In this document: piece after piece, positions 37,316 to 46,513 of the stretch
Position numbering within the stretch: position 1 is the stretch's first letter
Layout: the number at the start of each line of letters is the position of its first letter
Assembly: GCA_046861395.1 (NCBI GenBank)
Contig: JBHHUC010000008.1
Span: forward strand, 1 to 57,878
From: Fidelibacterota bacterium
GTDB lineage: Bacteria; Fidelibacterota; Marinisomatia; Marinisomatales; JABMOV01
Length of the DNA stretch: 57,878 bases
Reading direction: 5' to 3'
Position numbers and translations under genes: made by a program
Notes under the pieces: generated by a model
What the model saw: only the letters and a program-made list of their open reading frames with translations
What the model was told of the DNA's origin: nothing
Databases searched by the model: none

Positions 37316-38943
37316 AAATAAATATTGCTTATTTCAGTGCCGAAATCGGCATTTCATCTTCCCTGCCGACCTATAGTGGCGGTTTGGGCGTCCTGGCCGG
37401 TGATCATATCAAAGCCGCAGCTGATGAAAAACTCCCCATGTGTGCCATAACCCTACTTTATAAAGAAGGCTACTTCAAACAACGCCTCGATGAAGAAGGC
37501 AACCAGAGCGAAACCTATCCCCGCTTTGATCCCGAACCTTATCTGAAAAAATTACCGAACAAATTTACCCTCCCATTACGCAATCGTCAGGTCTGGATTC
37601 AGGCCTACCAGTATGATTATAAAGGAATTGACGGCCATATCATTCCTATCTTTTTTCTGGATACCGAACTGGAGGAAAACTTTGAGGATGATAAAATAAT
37701 TACCTTGCGTTTGTATTCGGGAGACAAGGATCACCGGATTCTCCAGGAAGCCATTCTCGGGTTCGGAGGCATACGTTTTCTGGAATCCATGGGATATACC
37801 GACATTGACACCTATCATCTGAATGAAGGACATTGTTCCTTTTTAACCCTTGAGTTATTGCAGAAATTCAAGGGCGACCGGGATGTGGTTCGTTCCCGCT
37901 GTCATTTTACCACCCACACCCCAGTCCCGGCCGGTCATGATCATTTTGCCCGGGAACGGTGTGAAAAACTGTTGCAGGGATTACTGCCGAAGAAACTGGA
38001 ACTGCCTACGCTGGTCAAGAACAGTCGCTATCACATGACGGAAATGGGACTCTATTACAGCCGGTCGGCCAATGGCGTATCGGCACTGCATGGGAAGGTG
38101 GCCCGGGAACAATTTCCCGATTTTGAAATCGGCCATATTACCAACGGTGTTTATCATCCCTACTGGGTAGGAAAGACCTGGCGTGAACTGTTTGATCAAC
38201 GGTTGCCGGGTTGGCGTGAAGATGCAACACGCTTGTTAAATGTGGATGCGTTGACCGATGAAGATCTATTGCAGGCTCATCTTTCTCAGAAACATTTTTT
38301 ATTGGGCTTTGCCAATTCCCAGACCCAGAAAGCATTACCACAGAATATCCTGACAATCGGCTTTGCTCGCCGGGCGGCATCCTATAAACGAGCCCGGCTT
38401 ATTTTCCGGGATTTGGACCGGTTAATCGAAATCGGCCAAGGACAGCTTCAGATTGTTTTTTCCGGGAAAGCCCATCCGAATGATACGCAGGGCAAGGAAA
38501 TTATTCGCGGCATTGTTGCCAACGCCAACCGTCTATTTGGCAAGGTGAAAGTCACATTTCTGGAAAATTACAATATGTGGCTGGGGCGCCTGATTACATC
38601 CGGAGTGGATGTATGGCTCAACACGCCCCTGCGTCCTAATGAAGCTTCAGGAACCAGCGGAATGAAAGCGGCTTTGAACGGGATTCCCAATTGTTCCATC
38701 CTGGACGGCTGGTGGGCCGAAGCCTGCCAACACGGTAAGAACGGATGGGCAATCGGAACCCCGGAAGTCCCCGATGATGATAAAGATGCCGAAGATTTAT
38801 ACCGCGTTCTGGAAAAAGAAATTATCCCAACCTATTATGGTCCGATTAACGTATGGGCGGAACTAATGCGACAATCGATAAAAACAGGAGTACAATTCAC
38901 CGCCCAGCGGATGATACGGGAATACCAGGAAAAGTATTACTGA
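37306..38943 (+). CDS. glgP: Alpha-glucan (glycogen/maltodextrin) phosphorylase, GT35
   Basis: YSGGLGVLAGD, LNEGH, FTTHTPVPAGHD, FARR, KAHP, and the PLP-Lys motif EASGTSGMKA. Confidence 0.95.
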   Translation: MDLKINIAYFSAEIGISSSLPTYSGGLGVLAGDHIKAAADEKLPMCAITLLYKEGYFKQRLDEEGNQSETYPRFDPEPYLKKLPNKFTLPLRNRQVWIQAYQYDYKGIDGHIIPIFFLDTELEENFEDDKIITLRLYSGDKDHRILQEAILGFGGIRFLESMGYTDIDTYHLNEGHCSFLTLELLQKFKGDRDVVRSRCHFTTHTPVPAGHDHFARERCEKLLQGLLPKKLELPTLVKNSRYHMTEMGLYYSRSANGVSALHGKVAREQFPDFEIGHITNGVYHPYWVGKTWRELFDQRLPGWREDATRLLNVDALTDEDLLQAHLSQKHFLLGFANSQTQKALPQNILTIGFARRAASYKRARLIFRDLDRLIEIGQGQLQIVFSGKAHPNDTQGKEIIRGIVANANRLFGKVKVTFLENYNMWLGRLITSGVDVWLNTPLRPNEASGTSGMKAALNGIPNCSILDGWWAEACQHGKNGWAIGTPEVPDDDKDAEDLYRVLEKEIIPTYYGPINVWAELMRQSIKTGVQFTAQRMIREYQEKYY

Positions 38944-38991
38944 TTTTATTGGCCTATATCATTCCAAGGTACAGGCCCGGTTAACAATATT

Positions 38992-41900
38992 ATGCGTTTA
39001 AAGAATACCCTGCCTCCGACTACGGTGGCCCCCGGTGATCCCTGGGATGTCTTTCCCACCCGCTATAGTGCCCTGGAATGGCTGGGAACATTACGTCAAC
39101 AGGAGGTATCCGCCGGTGAATTGTATTTGACCAATGCCGTGATGGGAGCCCAGCGGGCCGTTCTTAAAGCCTATCTTGAAGAAAACAATATCCCGATAGA
39201 TTCCATTCCCCGGCCCAAACCGGAGGTGCGGGAAGATTCCTTCCCGGATATCCTGGAATTCTGGGCGGAAAACCTGGCCGTTCTCAATCCGGCCATGGAA
39301 CAGTCCCGATCCGTCATGGAATTATCCTTTTCCACTCCCGAGGCCAGGAAAGACCTAGATCGCTGGTCGGCTGCCCGGCCACCGGCTTTCCGTTCGGAGA
39401 AACCGATCTTTGTTTTCTTATCGGAGCCCTTTACCCGCCATCCGTCGGATTTATCTGATCAGGCCGAATTCATGCTGCGATCCTGGCGACCCTGGCTGGG
39501 CGATTGGAGTACCCGCCTGATACGGGGATTGGATTATATTAAGGAAGAACAAACCCTGCGTCTTACCGGTCCGGGACCGGTCTCCGGTCCGGATTATTCG
39601 GGGACCTGGGCGGAACTTTCGGCCCGGTACAGCTCGGACCGTGATTGGATGCCGTCCGTGGTTATGATTGCCAAAAATACCTTTGTCTGGCTGGATCAAC
39701 TATCCCACCAGTATCGCCGGAAAATTTCACGCCTTAATGAAATCCCGGAGGATGCCTTACGACAATTATCCGCTGCCGGGTTCAATGTCCTGTGGCTCAT
39801 CGGAATCTGGGAAAGAAGCAGCGCATCGAAGACCATCAAACAATGGTGTGGCAATCCGGAGGCCGAAGCGTCGGCCTATGCCATAAAACGTTACGACATT
39901 GCGGAACAATTGGGTGGTCGGGACGCTCTGGCATCTTTGAAGTCCGCCTGCGAACGACAGGGAATTCGCCTGGCCAGCGATATGGTCCCCAACCACACTG
40001 CTCTGGATTCGGACTGGCTCATGGATCATCCAGACTGGTTTGTATCCCGGCCGGACAAACCCTTTCCCGGATATACCTTTTCCGGGGAAAATCTCTCCGG
40101 GAATGACCGTGTCGGCATTTATCTGGAAGATCATTATTTTACCCAGAGTGATGCAGCGGTCGTATTCAAGCGGGTGGATCATGAAACGGGAGAACAGCGT
40201 TTCATTTATCACGGGAATGACGGTACGACCATGCCCTGGAATGATACGGCACAATTGAATTATCTCAATGCCGATTTGCGGGAAGCCATCATGCAGACAA
40301 TACTGGCGGTAGCGCGGCAATTTCCGGTCATACGTTTCGATGCTGCCATGACCCTTACGCGGAAGCATTATCAACGACTATGGTTCCCAGTGCCGGGTTC
40401 CGGCAGCGACATACCCTCACGCTCCGAAAATGCCATGAGTGACGAGGAATTCAAGGCCCTGATGCCGACGGAATTCTGGCGGGAAGTAGTGGACCGGGTT
40501 GCGAAGGAAGCACCGGATACACTCCTGCTGGCGGAAGCCTTCTGGCTCATGGAGGGCTACTTTGTACGGACCCTGGGAATGCATCGAGTGTACAACAGTG
40601 CATTTATGAATATGCTGAAGATGGAACGCAACCAGGATTATCGCAAAGCGATCCGTGATACTCTGGCCTTCGACCCGGACATTTTGAAGCGTTATGTGAA
40701 TTTCATGAGTAATCCCGATGAAGAAACGGCCCGTACCCAATTTGGCGATGGCGATAAATACTTTGCCGTAGCCACACTTTTGGCGACACTGCCGGGTCTG
40801 CCGCTCTGGGGACACGGACAAACGGAAGGATACCGGGAGAAATATGGGATGGAATTTCGCCGGGCTTATGGGGATGAATCCCCGGATGATCACCTGGTTG
40901 AAGAACACTGGCGCCGGATTTTTCCCCTGTTCCACCAACGTGAATTATTTGCCGATGTGACGGCCTTTCGACTCTATGATTTTTACACCGGCGATGGGCT
41001 GGATGAAAACGTGTTTGCCTATTCCAACCGCCATGGCGATAGGTCAGTTATTGTGTTGGTGAATAATGCCTTTGGTACCAGTCACGGTTCGATCCGTGAA
41101 TCGGTTCCCTTCAGGAATAAAACGGACAATACTCTGGAAACGGAATCCTTATTGACCGGCCTTGATCTGACAGTAAAGGATGATCAGTATCTGATTTATC
41201 GTGATATGATCCATCACCGGGAATATATCCGATCCGGTGCCGAGCTGAACGGAAATGGTTTTGTCCAGACCCTGAAAGGGTATCAGGCTTTTGTTTTTTC
41301 AGATTTTTCAGTGCGCGATGGAAGTGCCGGACTCCAAGCCGTTTGCCACCGATTGGCCGGACAGGGGGTGGACAACCTGGAAAAAGAGCTGATCCTGGAC
41401 GAACTCCAGCCGGCCCATGATTGGTTTGTCAAACTCATTCGGGCACTACTGACAGGAGAAGAGAAAAGGGTACGTGAAGGCCTTTCCCAGCTGGCTCAGC
41501 AGATCCACAGTGACCCCGGAAGTGAAGTATTTGATCCTGAATCATGCCTGCCGCGCATTGTAGAGCAATATTCCCTGATTGAATCCCGAAAGCGTCAAAA
41601 ACCGGAATGGGCGGAGCCACCGTCCACACTATTGGCAGTGACGGTCCTGGCCCGGAGCATGGACCCAAAGACCTGGCTGAAACTCTATGATGAACTCTGG
41701 CTTTCTCTGGCCCTGGAGCGGTATTTAGCCCTGGATCCCGCCCAATGGGATGCTACCTGGTTGGCATTACGTTTTATTGGCGAACAGAATTTACCGGCCC
41801 TGATTACCACCCTCCCGGAAGGGAAGATCTGGCAAGCGCTTTTCCATACCAATGAATGGGAGGGCGTCGAATACATTGAGGGGGAAACCTGGAAAACATT

Positions 41901-42024
41901 TTTTTCGCTCTGCTTCTGGCTGAACATCTCCGGCTGGAAAGAAATCTATCCTCTGGCCGAATTGCATCAATACCGTTTGGCGGATATCATCTCCGCTTTA
42001 CCCGGAGCCATATCACATGTCTGA
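38992..42024 (+). CDS. Cytoplasmic GH13 alpha-amylase family protein
   Basis: DMVPNH, RFDAAM, LAEAFW and NPDEE match GH13 conserved regions I-IV; no signal peptide. Confidence 0.88.
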   Translation: MRLKNTLPPTTVAPGDPWDVFPTRYSALEWLGTLRQQEVSAGELYLTNAVMGAQRAVLKAYLEENNIPIDSIPRPKPEVREDSFPDILEFWAENLAVLNPAMEQSRSVMELSFSTPEARKDLDRWSAARPPAFRSEKPIFVFLSEPFTRHPSDLSDQAEFMLRSWRPWLGDWSTRLIRGLDYIKEEQTLRLTGPGPVSGPDYSGTWAELSARYSSDRDWMPSVVMIAKNTFVWLDQLSHQYRRKISRLNEIPEDALRQLSAAGFNVLWLIGIWERSSASKTIKQWCGNPEAEASAYAIKRYDIAEQLGGRDALASLKSACERQGIRLASDMVPNHTALDSDWLMDHPDWFVSRPDKPFPGYTFSGENLSGNDRVGIYLEDHYFTQSDAAVVFKRVDHETGEQRFIYHGNDGTTMPWNDTAQLNYLNADLREAIMQTILAVARQFPVIRFDAAMTLTRKHYQRLWFPVPGSGSDIPSRSENAMSDEEFKALMPTEFWREVVDRVAKEAPDTLLLAEAFWLMEGYFVRTLGMHRVYNSAFMNMLKMERNQDYRKAIRDTLAFDPDILKRYVNFMSNPDEETARTQFGDGDKYFAVATLLATLPGLPLWGHGQTEGYREKYGMEFRRAYGDESPDDHLVEEHWRRIFPLFHQRELFADVTAFRLYDFYTGDGLDENVFAYSNRHGDRSVIVLVNNAFGTSHGSIRESVPFRNKTDNTLETESLLTGLDLTVKDDQYLIYRDMIHHREYIRSGAELNGNGFVQTLKGYQAFVFSDFSVRDGSAGLQAVCHRLAGQGVDNLEKELILDELQPAHDWFVKLIRALLTGEEKRVREGLSQLAQQIHSDPGSEVFDPESCLPRIVEQYSLIESRKRQKPEWAEPPSTLLAVTVLARSMDPKTWLKLYDELWLSLALERYLALDPAQWDATWLALRFIGEQNLPALITTLPEGKIWQALFHTNEWEGVEYIEGETWKTFFSLCFWLNISGWKEIYPLAELHQYRLADIISALPGAISHV

Positions 42025-43444
42025 ATCTTTATCCCTTATATTTGTATCGGCCGAAGTGGCACCGTATTCCAAGGTGGGAGGATTGGCCGATGTTTCTTCT
42101 GCTTTGCCTCGTTCTCTTGTTGAACACAATGTGACTGTTACCGTTATCAGTCCCTGGTATCGAAAGGTTCGGGAACATTTTCAATCCCCTCCGCCATCAC
42201 GCTTCCGGGGAGAAATCACCCTGGGTGCCGACAGAATTCCTTACGCAATCAGGGAAATCTCCGATAATGGCGTTCGGTTCTGGTTTGTGGAAAATGCCTC
42301 ATTCTATGATCGTGCCGGGATATACGGCGCCACGGCCGGCACCGGCTATCCTGACAACAATGCCCGTTATTTCTTTCTTCAATACGTTGTGTTAGACCTT
42401 CTGGAGCGTCAAAATATTATTTCCGACGTTGTTCATGTCAATGATCACCACACGGCCCTGTTACCGCTCATGCTCAAGCAGCGGGACATGAATATTCCCA
42501 CTTTACTCACGATTCACAACGCCATGTACCAGGGCACTTTTTCAGCAACGGAGACCGGTCTCCTGGACCTGCCGGAAAGGAAATATTTTCAGCAACAGGA
42601 AGGCAATGCCTTGAAAACCGGAATCCGTCATGCGAATCGTGTGGTTACGGTAAGTCCCACCTACCGGAATGAATTATTGACAATCCCCGATCTGGCGTAC
42701 GGTCTGCAGGACGACCTGCGTCTGCGAAATGAATCTTTCACCGGAATTTTGAATGGTGCCGATTACGATTACTGGAATCCGGAAACCGATCCTCATCTTG
42801 TACAGAATTATTCCGTCCAGACCCTGCCCTTCAAAGCGATTAATAAAGCCGCCCTGATCCAGGCCTGTCACTTATCCGGGACCGAAACAACACCGCTGTT
42901 TGGTTCCGTTTCCCGGCAGGTGGAAAGCAAGGGGTTTCATCTTATTCTGGCGGCTCTGGATGATTTGGTAGCGGAAGGATTCCTTTTTGTATTTCTGGGG
43001 ACGGGAGAACCGGACATTATGCGTGCCTTACGGGACTACTCCGAAAAGTATCCCGCTTCCGTAGCCTGTGTCGCGGATTATGATGAAGTCCTGGCACATC
43101 GGATTGAAGCCGGTGCCGATTTTTTCCTGATGCCGTCACGATATGAACCGTGCGGCCTGAATCAGATTTACAGTCTGCGGTATGGGACCATCCCCATTGT
43201 TCATGCCACGGGCGGGCTGGCGGATACGGTTGTTGACTGGAATGGAAAGCAGGGCAACGGTTTTTCCTTTCAGTCCTATGATGAACGTGCATTCCGGGAT
43301 GCCATCCACCGGGGAGGGGCGATTTACGGAACAAAGGATTGGAATTCTCTGCGCCGTAATGCTATGTTGTCTGACTATTCCTGGCAGAAATCTGCGGAAA
43401 AATATCGATCATTGTATGCTGCAATGAGGAGGCAACATGAATAA
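42017..43444 (+). CDS. glgA: Glycogen synthase (GT5)
   Basis: SKVGGLAD (KxGGL), HVNDHHT, TIHN, MPSRYEPCGLNQ, TGGLADTV. Confidence 0.95.
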   Translation: MSESLSLIFVSAEVAPYSKVGGLADVSSALPRSLVEHNVTVTVISPWYRKVREHFQSPPPSRFRGEITLGADRIPYAIREISDNGVRFWFVENASFYDRAGIYGATAGTGYPDNNARYFFLQYVVLDLLERQNIISDVVHVNDHHTALLPLMLKQRDMNIPTLLTIHNAMYQGTFSATETGLLDLPERKYFQQQEGNALKTGIRHANRVVTVSPTYRNELLTIPDLAYGLQDDLRLRNESFTGILNGADYDYWNPETDPHLVQNYSVQTLPFKAINKAALIQACHLSGTETTPLFGSVSRQVESKGFHLILAALDDLVAEGFLFVFLGTGEPDIMRALRDYSEKYPASVACVADYDEVLAHRIEAGADFFLMPSRYEPCGLNQIYSLRYGTIPIVHATGGLADTVVDWNGKQGNGFSFQSYDERAFRDAIHRGGAIYGTKDWNSLRRNAMLSDYSWQKSAEKYRSLYAAMRRQHE

Positions 43445-44687
43445 CAGCCTTGCAACCGAACGACTGGAAGCCATCATTCTTGGCGGGGGTCGGGGGACCC
43501 GACTGAATCCTCTGACCCGCATGCGGGCCAAGCCGGCCGTGCAGATCGGGGGGAAATACCGGTTGATTGATATCCCCATGAGTAATTGTATTCATTCCGG
43601 AATCCGGAATATCCATATCTTGACACAATTCAATACGGCATCACTTCACCGCCACATATTCCGCACCTATAATTTTGACATGTTCGCCCGCGGGAATGTA
43701 TCCTTGCTGGCGGCGCAACAGACATTTGATAATATTGACTGGTTCCAGGGAACGGCAGATGCGGTTCGGGCTTACTGGGGGGATTTAAAACGGCGTCCGG
43801 CATCCTATTTCGTCATTTTGGCCGGGGATCATCTCTATAAAATGAATTATCAGTATTTTCTCAATCATATGGTGGATCATCAGGCGGACATTGCCATTGC
43901 TGCCAAGACAGTTCCGGTGGAAGAAGCATCGGAATTCGGGATCATGGCGGTGGATGACCAGGGATTTGTCACCGATTTCATGGAAAAACCCAGCCCTGAA
44001 TTTCTCCGAAGCGAGGAGGGCCAAAAATGGCAATCCAACGGTTCCGTTTTGATATCGATGGGCATTTACCTGTTTAAAAAGGATGTCCTGACAGCAGCGT
44101 TAAAATTTACCGGCAACGATTTTGGGCGTGAAATCCTTCCCGCCGCCATTCGGCAGTTTCCCACAGCCGTTTATCCTTTTCACGGGTACTGGGAAGATAT
44201 CGGGACCATTCGTTCTTTCTTCAATGCCAATTTAAATCTGACCGAAAAAGACCCGGTTTTCAAATTTTATGACCAGGAATTTCCAATTTTTACACGTCCC
44301 CGTTTTTTACCGGGGAGTCGCATTCAAGATACCCGCATCGAATCATCATTCATAAATGACGGCTGTATTGTGGGACAATCGACATTGAAACGATGCATCC
44401 TGGGTATTCGGAGTGTGGTCGGGAATGACGTCACTATGGAAAATGTCTATCACATGGGGGCTGATTATTATGATCAGGGTTCGGAAGAACAGACCGTCGG
44501 ACTGGGCATCGGTGACGGGTCTGTTCTGAAAAATGTTATTCTGGATAAAAATGTTCGTATCGGAGTAAACGTACAATTAATTAATCATGAAGGTATATTG
44601 GAAAAAGATGGTTCCTGGTATTTCATCCGGGACGGGATTATTGTCATTCCCAAAGGAACCGTTATTCCGGCCAATACGACCTTGTAA
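43437..44687 (+). CDS. glgC: Glucose-1-phosphate adenylyltransferase
   Basis: GGGRGTRLNPLT..RAKPAV..GGKYRLID, LTQFN, WFQGTADAV, GDHLY, YWEDIGT. Confidence 0.97.
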   Translation: MNNSLATERLEAIILGGGRGTRLNPLTRMRAKPAVQIGGKYRLIDIPMSNCIHSGIRNIHILTQFNTASLHRHIFRTYNFDMFARGNVSLLAAQQTFDNIDWFQGTADAVRAYWGDLKRRPASYFVILAGDHLYKMNYQYFLNHMVDHQADIAIAAKTVPVEEASEFGIMAVDDQGFVTDFMEKPSPEFLRSEEGQKWQSNGSVLISMGIYLFKKDVLTAALKFTGNDFGREILPAAIRQFPTAVYPFHGYWEDIGTIRSFFNANLNLTEKDPVFKFYDQEFPIFTRPRFLPGSRIQDTRIESSFINDGCIVGQSTLKRCILGIRSVVGNDVTMENVYHMGADYYDQGSEEQTVGLGIGDGSVLKNVILDKNVRIGVNVQLINHEGILEKDGSWYFIRDGIIVIPKGTVIPANTTL

Positions 44688-44701
44688 CGGATGGAGGCTT
44701 C

Positions 44702-46513
44702 ATGGCATTCATTGACTATGCAATAGTAATTATTTATCTGCTGGCCATTGTGGTTGTGGGACTTGTCCTGCAAAAGAAAGCGTCACAGGGCATTGATTCT
44801 TATTTTCTGGGAAATCGGAATTTACCCTGGTGGGTCCTGGGTGCTTCCGGTATGGCTTCCAATACCGATGTGGCCGGAACCATGATCAATACGGCCTTTA
44901 TTTATGCCCTGGGAACCAAGGGGTTTTTCATCGAAATCCGTGGCGGGGTCACTCTGATCATGGCTTTCCTGATGATTTTTATGGGAAAATGGAATCGCCG
45001 GGCCCATGTGATGACGCTGGCCGAATGGATGCATTTCCGTTTCGGCACTTCACGCGAGGGAGATTATGCCCGGATTATCAGCGCTCTGGCCGCGATTATC
45101 ATGACGATTGCCATGATTACATATTTTGCTGTGGGGGCCGGAAAATTCGTCGGTGATTTCATGGGTATTGACCAGCACACGGCAGCCCTGCTGATGATTA
45201 TTCTGGCCATGACATATACCGTCGCAAGCGGATTGTACGGTGTGGTCTGGACCGATGTTTTTCAGGGCATTCTGATATTCTGTACCATCATTTTCATTTG
45301 TGTACTGGCCATGAAAACCGTTGTTTTACCTGAATCCTTCCATGTTTCCGTTCCCCTCATTGGCGGCGGATTCCAGGAAATAAAAACATCCCTGGCGGAA
45401 TGGTCACGAATATTCCCGCCGGCGGAAATGCATATGCCCAGCAATTCCCAGTACTCCATCTACAACCTGTTTGGGATTGCTATCATGTTCTATCTGTTTA
45501 AAGTTACGCTGGAAGGTTCATCGGGCACCGGCGGTTACATGATTCAACGTTATTTTGCCGCCCGGAATGACCGGGAAGCTGGACTCCTGTCACTTTTCTG
45601 GACTTTCCTTCTTTCATTTCGCTGGCCCTTGATTGCTTCGTTTGCCATGCTAGGGGTGTATTACGGAATTTCCACCGGCAATGTCATCGCTGATCCGGAG
45701 CTGGTTCTGCCCACCGTCATCAAAACTTATATTCCCACCGGAATGAAGGGCCTCCTGATTGCCGGACTCGTGGCCGCTGCCATGTCCACCTTTGATTCTA
45801 CAGTCAATGCCGGGGCGGCGTATTGGGTAAAAGACTTGTATCAGACCTATATCAATCCCAAAGCGAATGAAAAAACGCTGATGCTCCACAGCCGGGCGGC
45901 TTCCATTATGATTGTTCTCCTGGCAATTCTACTGAGTTACACGATTCGAAATATCAATGATATCTGGGGCTGGATTACCATGGGGATTGGTTCCGGCTTA
46001 TTTATTCCCCAATTGTTGCGCTGGTATTGGTGGCGGTTTAACGGGTACGGTTTTGCCTGGGGCACGGTGGTGGGAATGGTAGCAGCCATTGCCACGCGGG
46101 CCTTTGGTCCGGAACATTTACCGGAATACTACTCTTTCATGATTGCCAGCGGCGGATCCCTCATCGGTTGTGTGCTGGGAACCTACCTGACCCAACCGAC
46201 TGACGAAAGAGTGCTGGAAAAGTTTTACCGCGTGACACGTCCCTTTGGGTTCTGGGGCCCAGTCCGCAAAAAAGTGGCAGCGGATATCATGGTGCAGATC
46301 AATAAAGAAAACAGACGCGATATTTTTTCCACCTTCCTGGCTGTTCCCTGGCAGATCGTATTATTCCTGTTTGGGATGATGGTTATAATGAAACAATGGG
46401 GGAACGCTACCAACCTGTTTATAATTCTGGCCTTGTTATCAGTGGGATTGTATTTCATGTGGTTCCGCCACTTATCGACCGAAGTCAATGCCGGTGAGAC
46501 CAACGACGTATGA
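44702..46513 (+). CDS. Sodium:solute symporter (SSS) family protein, probable sugar importer
   Basis: YFLGNRNLPWW, GLYGVVWTD, AAAMSTFDS, LRWYWWRFNG; about 14 TMs. Confidence 0.9.
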   Translation: MAFIDYAIVIIYLLAIVVVGLVLQKKASQGIDSYFLGNRNLPWWVLGASGMASNTDVAGTMINTAFIYALGTKGFFIEIRGGVTLIMAFLMIFMGKWNRRAHVMTLAEWMHFRFGTSREGDYARIISALAAIIMTIAMITYFAVGAGKFVGDFMGIDQHTAALLMIILAMTYTVASGLYGVVWTDVFQGILIFCTIIFICVLAMKTVVLPESFHVSVPLIGGGFQEIKTSLAEWSRIFPPAEMHMPSNSQYSIYNLFGIAIMFYLFKVTLEGSSGTGGYMIQRYFAARNDREAGLLSLFWTFLLSFRWPLIASFAMLGVYYGISTGNVIADPELVLPTVIKTYIPTGMKGLLIAGLVAAAMSTFDSTVNAGAAYWVKDLYQTYINPKANEKTLMLHSRAASIMIVLLAILLSYTIRNINDIWGWITMGIGSGLFIPQLLRWYWWRFNGYGFAWGTVVGMVAAIATRAFGPEHLPEYYSFMIASGGSLIGCVLGTYLTQPTDERVLEKFYRVTRPFGFWGPVRKKVAADIMVQINKENRRDIFSTFLAVPWQIVLFLFGMMVIMKQWGNATNLFIILALLSVGLYFMWFRHLSTEVNAGETNDV

